Source of the DNA: Takakia lepidozioides
Taxonomy: Eukaryota > Plantae > Bryophyta
Reading direction: 5' to 3'
DNA length: 64,000 nucleotides
NCBI GenBank assembly: GCA_030704615.1
Contig: CM060733.1
Coordinates: 13,268,001-13,332,000, forward strand
Shown here: positions 41,401 to 53,400 of the stretch, in pieces
Layout: every line of letters begins with the position of its first letter
Position numbering within the stretch: position 1 is the first letter of the stretch
Translations under genes and position numbers: made by a program
Notes under the pieces: model-generated
What the model saw: the letters and a program-made list of their open reading frames with translations, nothing else
Told to the model about the DNA's origin: nothing
Database searches by the model: none

Positions 41401-44400
41401 ATAAAAATATCAAAATTCTACTAAAAGCTGACCGGTGACAGACCCTACTTGCAGATGTATTTCATTCGTAGACAAGCATGCTAGCCACAAAAGTAGCACT
41501 GTGGAATACCTTGTGAATGGTTTTGTAGGTTTTGTAGGTTTTGAAGGTTTTGTCGGCATCTGCTTGTTTGTTTTGGTTGTAGCAAACTCAAACTGGATTA
41601 GGCAGGTATGAGATGGGCTTGATGAAGCTGGAGAACTCTGCAAACGATGTGAACATAATGCAGGCCGACTTGGAGGAGCTACAGCCCAAACTCCAGGCAT
41701 CAACCAATGAAGTGATGGACCTTTTGCGGGTCAAAACTCTACACCATGCCCCTGCCCCACTCCATAGTCTATGTTGTCGTTCTCTAATCTTAGATGGGCA
41801 TCAAACATTTTGTACCCATTGCTTCCTTGTCCCTTGAACAGAAACATGCTCCCAGCCAGCCCCATAGCCATGCAACAAGAGGAGGCAAGAAAACAGCCAC
41901 CTATTCTCCTCAGAGATGCCCTGGACACCAACCAGGAAGTGTGACCGTTCTGTGCCCCATTTAAAGCCAACCGTCCTAAAGATAGGATTAGAAAGAGCTC
42001 CTTCATAAGCGTCATGGAATTCAGTTTCTTTTACGCTTTACTGTCCTTTACCAAGGCACTGGAAGAATTAAATCAAGGGTCATGGAACAAACGTGCACAC
42101 CAAAAACAAGAGAACACTCATGGAGATCCCAACAGCCTATAGGACCAACAGATAATCCAAATGAGATACCCTAAATCCAATGTCGGACATAAGTATTGAA
42201 GCTCTTAGTTTTCTTTTGTACTTTGTTCTTCTTAGCTGGAGGAGTCTGCTAAGGAGGAGCAGTCTCTAAAGAACAGTACTATCCCTCAACTCGGTGTCTC
42301 TTTAGACATTCTCCCTCCATGGCAGAGGCCTTTAGCTATGAGGACCTGCTCTACCTATATGAGGCATTCAGCTTTCGTGCCCTGATTGAATACTTCTTTG
42401 GTTTTGCTTCAGAAGTTCTCTGGTTCCATTGACCCTGTGGCCTCCCTCGGACATGATAGGCTTTCTTTCATGGGAGATACTATCATCGATTCTGAGATAG
42501 CCAATCTCCCATTCCGAGGATCAGAAATGCATAGCATTATATCTGAGGCGTTAACTCTTAGACAATCCCTTGAGCAATAGTTGTTTTTGGGCTGCTTGTG
42601 GAGGGGCCCTCTCTCTTTCTTGTTTCATGCTTTTCCTTGTTCCATAGCTCTTTCAGTGTTCCAGGGACGTTATAAAGTATCATTTCATTTCATTTCTTGG
42701 CGGGGGCCACAAGGAAACAGGTGATAGACAGGGAGACAATTGAAGCTAATAAAGTGAAAGCAGTCGTTCTGGTGGAGGAAGCTGCAGCCAATGTAAAGGC
42801 GGAAGCTGCCTCAGTCATCAAAGCTGACACAGAAGCTGAGTTAGCACTTGTCATGCCTATCTTGGAGAGTGCCCTGAAGGTGCATCTCCTTCACTCTAAA
42901 TGGACAACAGAAACATGCATTTGAATCATCCTTCTGGTAGCACTCTCTTATTATTCGGTGCATCTGTTTAGCTCTCTTCTTTCTTGCATCTTTGTGTCAA
43001 TCTTTGTGCTTGTGATCTACCTACGTTAAAAGTTGTATTTATGAATGAATATACTCATACCTCTCCATCCTCTATCTTAAGTCTGATATGTGACGATCTC
43101 TCTCTGTGTTTCAGTTTTTGTCCCTTCCATCTGTGTAGAACAAAATTGTGTAAATCTTAGGCATGCTGGAATAACCATGGTTTTGTGGGCAATTATCTTT
43201 GAAAGTACCAATGGACATTGTTACTTTTTGCTTTTGCTGTCAGCATTTAATAATACAGATTGTACTCATAAGACGTTGTTTGCCGTAGCCTTGTGGCCAT
43301 TGACCCCGCGCCCAGTTTGAGCGGGAACAAAAGGGACAGAACCTACCTCTGTCAGGGGCTGACGTTGGTAGTAAGACTTACCTCCATATAAAGAATTAAT
43401 CCGGGTTTTCCAGATATCCTCTAGAAATCCCTTCACACAAGCATCAATCTTCTGTGTGTGATTTGCCCAAAAACTAGGCCTCAGGAGGGCCTGGGCTTTT
43501 GGCTCAGCCTCGAGACTTTCAAAGTTGGTAAACAGGGGTACAGGCACAATTCCCTTAATAGATTTGAAGAGAGCGTCTCTTTGGTGAGAGAACCCCGGAC
43601 AGTGTATCAGAAAATGAATACTGTCTTCAGATTGCCCACACAATGGGCAATTGCACTCTCCCTTTCCTCTCTGCTTCTGTTTGCTGTTCAAAGGTAGGCT
43701 TCCTGCCCTGAGTTTAAATTTCAGTCTAGTGCCGAGAGTGGGTAGACCCTTGAGGTCATCCAAGATGTCCTCCCCCATGTCACAGACTGGAAAAAAGTTC
43801 AGGGAAGTTTCCTGCCTAACTTCATTTTCATCAGACAATCTCATGGCAACAGACATGGCTGAGGACACTACAGCCTCTAAGTCAGATTTATCCAGCAGGG
43901 TCAAGACTTGCGGATCCAGGTCCAGGTCCTTGAGAATCTCTTCTACTCTCTTCTGCCAGGACTTAGCCTGTTTGACAGGGCGGTCCTGTTTCCAAGATAT
44001 AGAGTCGATTAACTTAGGATATCTGGTGTTGGGCATATGTTGCAGCTGACCCCACCATCTGACCTTGAATTCATCTCGTCGGGAGCTTAAGGACGGAATG
44101 CCAAACTCACCCCGAACAGCCACATTGGCTGTTTTGGAGCATGCTGACATACACTCCTTAAGCACCCCCACTTGAATGGATTCTAGAGACTTAGCCTGGT
44201 TGGAGTTATCAACCCATATAGCAGATCCGTACTCCAAGGCAGGTCTAATAACGCGACAAAGCATGGTTTTCTTAACCTCAGAGTTGACCCCTCTGCAGTG
44301 GAAAAATTTAGTGAGCCCCAGAGCTTTGCCCTTGCCAGTTTGAACAACTTTCCGGATATGTGCATCCCAATTACAATTGGAGGAGAACTCAACGCCCAGG

Positions 44401-47400
44401 TAAGTGTAGGAAGGGAGGACCGGGATCTCTTAGCTACCCCACTGCCACTTAAGATCACTTCCTCCCTCTCCTCTGTCGTTGAATGCTACCACTGCACATT
44501 TGCTGACATTAGCCTCTAATGTATTTAATAATACAGAGCCAACAAATATGCAAGGGTCGGTCACAGGCACTTGATACACTGACCAAGAATGACATCTCAG
44601 AGCTGAAAGGAATGAAAAGTCCACCCGCTGCGGTAAAGCTGGTGATGGAAGCCGTCTGCATAATGAAAAACATCAAGCCCACACGTATGAAGGATCCTGG
44701 AGGGTCAGGCAAGGTAAGCTCCAGAAAGCTTGTCCACCCCAAGAAACGTTGTTACCAGAACATGAGACTGAGGTCGGATCTGAAAGGAAATAAGCAGAGT
44801 TAGAATAAAGCAGTGGGTGTGGAAGCTCCTCCAGTGATGCCTTGACCATGATCGTCTATGAAACCTCTGAAATTAAGGTCTCTTTGCTGCCCTAATTCTA
44901 TTACAAACAAATTGATGGTGGCGGATATCTATCATCCATCCAGATGTAAAGGCTTTTAGGACAAGAGTACAGTAGATCTGTCATGCACGTTAATCCAATC
45001 CACAAGCAAACAACTGATAAACTGATAATGGATAGCTACAAATGGCACTGAAACTAGCTTTCAGCATACTCACCAAAGAAGAGACTCTCATTAGTGGACC
45101 TACAAGATCATGTAGAGTATGATCACTGGGCAAGCAAGTTGTAGCCCTGTGGTAATGGGCACATACCACCTCGGAAGTGGTTGTGGGTTCAATCCACCGA
45201 TTGGTGTAACGAAGGTGTCCACCTTCCCACCCTAAGGCAGGAGCCATTTGGGGTCAAGAGACACCATAATTGACGGTTCCTTCGAGAGGCGTCATACTTC
45301 TAACTTCTCTAATCACTGTGGCACCACCTCTATGGGTTACACAATGGGTTCCATGGACTCTTTTAACTCATCAGCTAACATTTCACTTGGATTTATTTAT
45401 TCAATGAGCTCACCGGATAGTTGTCCTGGTCTTGAGAGAAGGTATTGCAATAGCTTGACAGTCCAAAGGTGACTAGAGTCTCAGGTTGAGTCCCTGAAAC
45501 TATATGAAATGAAATGAAATGGAATGGAATGAAATGAAATGAAATGGAATGGAATGGAATGGAATGAAATGAAATGGAATGAAATGAAATGGAATGAAAT
45601 GAAATGGTACTTTATAACGTCCGCGGAAAGCTCAAAGAGGGGACAGAAATGAGCACTTCATATCTAACTTACGATTGGCTAACCACCTTCATATAATACA
45701 ACACAGGCTCCACAGGGCTCAGATACTCCCAGCTATAAAAAGGTGATGGAGCATTGACTGTGTTGCTCTATCTGAAGAGAGTGTTGCTCTAACTTATGGT
45801 GTCACTTCACCCCGAAGGACTACTGCCTTCCGTTTGGAAGGTGGACTCTTCAACCCCGTAACCCTCCCCCAAGGGCTCGAAAGTCCCCATGTACCCACAC
45901 ATAGTAACCAGTTGACCCAGTTACCTCCCTTCTATAAATGGGTTGGCCATAATGGGTGTTGATGGGTGACATCCAACATACATATATGTGACTATGACTA
46001 CCATTTGGACTAAAGATAGTTCTACACCTAGGGTGTTGGAGTGAAGGACATCACAAGCAAGCAGGGGGCTCCTGCTCCTCTCCTTTGCTTGGAAAAACGT
46101 CATTTGTGGAGGTAACATTTGAATTGAAGTGAAGAATAAATCTTGTTGCAGATGATTGAGGACTACTGGGAAAGCAGTAAGAAGATGTTGGCGGATTCTG
46201 ATTTCTTGAAGAGTCTCTTTCAATATGACAAGGACAACATCGACCCCAACATCATATTGAAGATTCGTCCGTAAGTGACCATCCCCAATCAGTATGATCA
46301 TTTTCCTCCTCAAGTCCCCCCAGTATTGTTCTATATCATCTGGTTTCATAAAGGCCAAGCATTTTTGAGAGTTGAGAAAGAATTAAAATGAAATGATACT
46401 TGATAACATCCACAGAAAACTCAAAGAGGACGAGAGAAAGCATGAAACAAGGAGAAGAGTGGAGCCCTCAACAAGCAGCTAGAAAACAATAGCTGTTGAT
46501 CAAGGGATTCTCCAAGAATCAAAGCCTCATTTAGACTGCCAAGCATTTCTGTGCCTTGCTATTTAAGACCTCTGTGATTGGCCATCCGGAAGAAATGGTA
46601 CTTTATAATGTCCGCGGAAATCTCAAAGAGCTTATGGGACAAAATGGGAAAACCATGAGAGAGGAAACCAGAGCCAAAAAACAGCCCAAAAGCAACTTCC
46701 ATAGGGGGCTCCGAGGGCCGATGGGATGGACGAACAACAAAAAACTACTCCAGAACACATTCCTAAAGACTGAGTGCCTCATGCAGCTTAGGCTACCAGC
46801 ATGAGGCCCTTCATTTCCGATATTCTGATTTGGATCTTTGTTTGCTCTGCTTTTAACCATGGGCCCTCAAGGACTTTCTTTTCTGTCCTGATCAAATCGT
46901 TATTAATCTCTCAACTTATGCAAGCTTACATCCCATCTCTAAGCATCATTACTACCGACATCAACCCCTGACTGAGGTAGGCTCTGTCCCTTTATGTTCC
47001 GCTCAAACTGGGCGCGGGGTCAATGGCCACAAGGCTACGGCAAACAACGTCTTATGAGTGCAATCAAAGCATCATTAGACAGGAACCTTCTAAGTTCAGA
47101 AAGCTTCAATTTTTTATTCGGGATTTTGGGAGAGCAATCTCTCTTGGAGCTTTCTCTGGGTCCCAGACCCCTTGAGGCTTTCAGTGGCCTCGTCTTCTAT
47201 TCTCTCTTGTTTTTCTACTTGGTCCCATGGGCATTTGAGGCCCTCTGTGATAAAAATTTTTCTTAATTCATGAGGTTCTCCAACTTAGAGAATCTCTCAA
47301 TGTTGGATTATAGTTTTCAGACTGCTTGTTAAGGGCCCCATTTCCTGCTTTCTTTTGGCCCATAATCTGTTCTGAGCTTCCTGTGGACGTTCTATAATTT

Positions 47401-50400
47401 CTTTCAGATGATGTGAGCAACTATTGGGGCCACGGGGAGTGGGCCAAGACTCACCGCGGCTCCTCCTAGGGAGTCAAGGGTTCTTCTGGGTTCTTGTGGT
47501 ATATGTACATATGTATATGCTTCTGTAGATATACAGAAGTATATGTAGTGCGTAGTAAACCCGAGAGCGATGAGAACCCGCTAAGAGACCAAGCATGAGG
47601 AGAAAATTTGGACTGCCTACAGTCAAAGGGGAATGCCACCATCCATGCTGCCCCCGCTATCGAGGGTCTAAATGGGGGACTTAGAGGGGACCGTTACGCC
47701 ATGGCATTCGGCCGAAGCTCTCATTCAGGCCAAGGGGTCCAGTGGAGAGTTAGGCGCGTGCATTGAGCTAGTAATTATGACTTGAGAGGGGAGTTTACCA
47801 AAAGGGCTGGTGCACAACACTGTTGGGGAAATTTTTCTTGCATTTTACTAATTTGATGTCACTTGAAAGACATTAACTACCCTAAGGTGGCTAGCATTCT
47901 CAGCCCCAAAGTTAAGCTAGCAACCTTAGCCTTGTGGCAGAACCCCCCCAGCTTCAGAAACTTGCAATTATGACAACTTACATGATATTGAATTCCTTGT
48001 CTCATTGCTTGGCAGCTACATTGCGAACCCAGATTTTGAGCCCACTAAGATACAATTGGTATCCAAGGCGGCCTTTGGGCTGTGCTCTTGGATTGGTGCT
48101 ATGGAAGCCTATGACAGAGCATCTAAAATTGTGGCTCCAAAGGTGGCAGCTCTTAAAGCTGCTGAGGCTGAGTATAATGCTGTCATGGAGCAGCTAGCTG
48201 TGAAGCAGGCGGCTCTTAGAGTGGTCAGTAAAAGAATCTATCTTATCTCAGCATATGACCACTTGTGTTTTTTTCTTTGTTTTATATCTGGTGTACACTA
48301 TTTTTCCAGAGCAATCTGCATTCATCTCAAACCAAGAACAACAGCCCAGATCAATCTCCCATGAGAGATAGGTAACTTCTTGACCTCCTCACTACTTCCA
48401 TTGTGGACTGTAAATCAGCATTCTGACCACTTCTTCATTCAGAAGTGCTGCAAAATACCTCCAATGTACTCGCCAGCTGAAACATGGTAAATCGTTCTTG
48501 ACAAAGGCACACCAAGCTTCTGCTTCCCTTCATGCTAAACCACATGGATGCCATTTGAAGCTAGGATTCCCTGTGATGAACTTGTCAGAATCACTAGCAG
48601 TCTAGGCTATAATGTACTTGCTTGCCGTAGCCTAGTCTAGGCTATAATAATCCACAATTCTGAAGCATATGGAAAACGAGATACTGATTGCGTCTGAACC
48701 TTTGTAAGTATAGTTTACTTGAATTCCAAGGCTTGGAGACATCAGTCAATCTGTAGATTCAAAGACTGAAGTAATACCATTTTGGGGCTGATTGGCCAGA
48801 GGTTGATGTTATACTGGCAGCATGTATCTTTGCCATAGTTCTCCTTTTGTTCAGCAAAACAGGAAAAGATAGGCCTGAGTTTACCAAAGGTTTGGTTGCA
48901 GTGGTTACAGATCTAGTGTTTAGCACTCAATCCGAAATACTAGCACATTTTGGGTTCAGGTGGAAGACCGGCTAGCAGAGCTTGATGCCCAGCTAAATGC
49001 TGCCCGAGACAAGAAGAAAGCAGTACAGGATGAAGCTGATTTGTGTTCCATGAAGATTGGCCGTGCCAACCAGCTAATGTCAGGTCTCGGGGGTGAAAAG
49101 ACCAGGTGGACTGCATCAGCAGAGATGTTTGGCGAAATGTATGTAAAGCTGACAGGAGATATCTTACTTTGTGCGGGCATGATCGCCTACTTGGGAACTT
49201 TCACACCTACATTTCGAGAGAAGATCACCGAGGTACCAGACCCATTAAACATGTATTTTCTTCAGGCTTTGATGGCATCATGTTATAAAGCCTAAAATAA
49301 GTAGGCTGCCAGGCACTTCAGGTCCTAAAAGCTGAAGCTGCCACAAACTGGGAGTCTCTAAAGAGATATAGTATCTGTGTCAGATTTGTCAGGACAGGAG
49401 ACAACCACAGAGAGAGATGTAATAAGGAATAAAAATTGTGCCTTCACAATTGAAATGAAGGGGATTGAAATTGTTAACCTTGTCAGATTTTGAGATTGAT
49501 GGTGGTGTTGAGCATTATAGCCTACTATATTGTGGTATCTCCATGCCTTTACAGACTTCAGGGTCTAATTGGCAATAGAAAATCCTGCTTTGTCTGACTA
49601 CTGAAACGTGGCCACGGTGTGCAGAAATGGCTAACGCTTTGCAAGACAAAAAAGGTTCCCTGCTCAGAAGTATTTTCCCTTAGTGGAAGCCTTGCGGATC
49701 CTGTTAAGATTCGAGCCTGGAACATTGCTGGGCTGCCTAAGGATCAATCTTCTGTGGATAATGGAGCAATAGTCTCAAAATGTCGCCGTTGGCCATTGAT
49801 GATTGACCCTCAGGTACAGATGGTGCAAGGGGATGATTTTCAATACATACATATAAGCCATTGTTGTTTTCCTTCCTTCCAAGAACTCAGATAGATTTCT
49901 TAGCATTTTCTTCTTCTTTGCAGAGTCTATCTGTCTGAAGGTTTGGTGTCTTTCGAAGGTGTTCTTGTTTCTACTTGTCCGTGGCACCCCCTGTGATGTT
50001 AGAAAGTTCCTCTCTGTCCTCTTTCTTTCTTTCCAGTCTTCATTTAATCTTTTTCTTGCTCCATTGGCCCTTTTTGAGCTTCTGGTGGATACAATTATCT
50101 TCATTATTTCTTTTCTGCTCGCTAATTTTGGGTTTGGAGACACCCCCGAACAAAACTTTACAAGACCTAGTACCTCCTCAATCAGCCATAGATGGAGAAT
50201 CTCTAAAGAGACTGTAGTATCTACCCATGAGTATGGGGGACAAGAAGAAGAAATGGGACTTCATCGGCTTACTGGGTGGTACAGACTGGAAAGACTCTCC
50301 TCGGAGGGTGCTTTATTCCATCACCCTCTTTCAAGGGCTAAGAACTAACTCACAGGTGCACAAAACCCTCATAAGGTATGTGGAGAACGTCCACACATAC

Positions 50401-53400
50401 TAAGGTTCGCTGGTTGCTATAGGGGCAAGCCAACAAGTGGGTGAAGAACATGGAGGCCAGCAATCAACTTGTGGTAACCAAGCTTACCGATGGCGACTTT
50501 TTACGCAGACTTGAGAACTCCATTCAGGTTTTATAAGCCTCCATCTTTCTTCCTTTCGTGGCAGCCTACCTACACGAGGCCTTCACCCTTAGACAATCGC
50601 TAGAACATTAATTGTGGTTTCTGGATTTGTTCCTCTCTCATGTTTTCTTCCATTTTGTCCCATAAGCTCTACGAGCTTTCCGCGGACGTTATAAAGCACC
50701 ATTTCATTTCATTTCATTTCCTTTTACTGTGCTTTGTGTGCTATGTTATGATCATATCTACCTTGAACTTGTCAGCATGTAGTCAATGTTTTTCCCTCCT
50801 TTCACCACTCTTTTTCTGAAGTGACACAGAGAAGACCCATGATTTGATAAGTTGGCATTGCCATTATTTGCCCGACTTCATTTCCTTTTGTGCGGTTCCC
50901 TTCTGCTAGGAAATAGGAAACACTCCAGAACCCTTCCATGGGCTCTTTGGGCATCTCACGGATGGAAAAGCTTTCCTTCTTTCCTTCCATGGCCCTACTT
51001 CCTTCTTGTATCACACTTTTTGTTTGTCCCAGAAGCTTATGTGGACATTATAAAGTTTCCTTCGTTTGGAAATGCTTGGCAGCTTACCTGCACGAGGCAC
51101 TCACCGTTAGACAATCACTCGAAGAATTGTTTTTATCTCTGGCTCGGGTTTTTGTTTCCTCTATCATGTTTTCTTCCATTTTGTCCCATAAGCTCTATGA
51201 GCTTTCCGCGGACGTTATAAAGCATTTCATTTCATTTGTCATTTCCTTCCATTTCTTTTATGTGCGAGCGATGTTTGGTTCATTTTCATGTGATTTTATT
51301 TTTGTCCAATCGGCCCTCGGGGCCTATGGACATCACAAATTGTGGTTGTTCTTGTCTCTTTCCTTTCTTGAAACCCTAAACCCTAAACCCTAAACCTGCA
51401 ACGGGAGGACCGCCTATGTCCAGATTGCATAGGGCGAAGCCAGGAAATCGAAACTGAAGAACACCTCTTCTTCTACTGCCCTCTATAATACGAGATCCGT
51501 GGGAGATTCCACTGTTTATTCAGTGGAACCCAAACTCTCACTGATGTCTTCCACTATGAGGATAAAAAATGCTTGGCAGCCTACCTGCACGAGGCCTTCA
51601 CCCTTCAACATTCGCTAGAACATTAATTGTGGTTTCTGGACTTGTTCCTCTCTCATGTTTCCATTTTGTCCCATAAGCTCTATGAGCTTTCCACGGACGT
51701 TATAAAGTACCATTTCATTTCATTTCTTGATGGTGAATAGTTTTTGGCGGATGAAGAACAAACTTCTTAAGTCTCAAGTGGGATCTTTTTTCAGCCCACT
51801 TAAGCTAGTTAGGTTACGTCTCTTGCTCTCTCTTTGCTTGTTTTTCTCAGATTTTCTTTGATTTGAATGCCTAAAACTATATCTTGGCACAAAAACTCTG
51901 TGTCTATGCACCCTCTGTCAGGAACTTCCGATTAACTCTTTAAGTGATGAGACTGCATTCTTGCTGGATTCCTTCCTCTTTGTTTTCTTTTTCTTGTCGT
52001 TTGTCCTAGTGCCTTTTTTGTCATCTCGTTTGCTCTACTTTACCTTGGATGTGGTTATCATTTAATCTTTGGTTACATCACAAATGTGAGTTCAGATCTT
52101 AGAAGGCTCTCACGTTGATATATATAGTTTTGATGCTGCTTGTTGAGCTTCATGTATCCTGCTTTCTTTTGTCCCATTTTTGTCATCTCGTTTGCTCTAC
52201 TTTACCTTGGATGTGGTTATCATTTAATCTTTGGTTACATCACAAATGTGAGTTCAGATCTTAGAAGGCTCTCACGTTGATATATATAGTTTTGATGCTG
52301 CTTGTTGAGTTTCATGTATCCTGCTTTCTTTTGTCCCATAAACTCTTTGAGCTTCTGCACAGGTTATTAAAGTATCATTTCAACTTTTCATATTCCTGTG
52401 AGGGAAGGGCAAGTCCCCATAACCTTTTTTAACTGATCACAACTTCGGCAAGCCAGGGATTGCTGACCAAGATGGGGCCCACTAATCAGAGAACGACTCC
52501 AAGTGCAATCTATGCAGGGGAAGTGGGCGTACTAACCACTTTCCAAGAAAAATAAGCCCCACTGAAAGCAGGAAGGAATGTTTTCTTTTTTTCTTATCTT
52601 GTGCCTGTGAAGCTACTGTAAAGAAACAACTTTAACGCTATGATGAAGTCCATGTCAGTTCGGTAAGCCAGTCTTGATGGAGAATGTGGGTGCCGAATTG
52701 GATGCGGCACTTGAGCCTCTCCTGCTGCGGCAAACATTCAAGCAGAGTGGCAGCATATGCATAAGGTTGGGCGACAACGTCATTGAGTATCATGAGAACT
52801 TTCGCTTGTATATCACCACCAAGCTCCGGAATCCCCACTACAGCCCTGAAATCTCTGCCAAGGTACCATGCTTCAGTGATTAGGGGAGAGTGCAAATCAT
52901 GTCAAAATCACTTCTTTCATTGGAGCATCGTCACTTTCCTCACGTAGTAGAGTCTATGCTTATGTGTTTATATGTATACTTGTATATAGTTATGCACAAA
53001 TAACTGGGACTTTCAACTCGAAACCATTTGAATATTTAATGCTCAAAGTTGGATCTGGCAAGGAATAGATAGTTGTAAGGACAAGAGGGATCGTCTAGTA
53101 CCAGAGCATGCTGTATCGACCTTCTTTTCTCAACAGAAGGACATGAGATGAAATGAAAATGGTACTTTATAACGTCCGCGGAAAGCTCAAAGAGCTTATG
53201 GGACAAAATGGAAAAAACAATGTTGAATAGAGTAATTCAGCTCAGAAGTGGTTAGTTGCTTTAGTTAGCAATTAACAAGGCTGGTTAGGAGTTTTGTTAG
53301 CAGTAAAACAAGGAAGGTTTTTGACTTAGTCCTTAGATTTCTAACAATACATCATTGAACCAAGAGTTCAGTGACAAATCACCTAGTTCAGCCTGAGGCC

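Noticed and set aside
45505-45605. Human satellite III-like (GGAAT)n contamination
   Set aside because: It is directly continuous with the family B terminus and most units are GAAAT.
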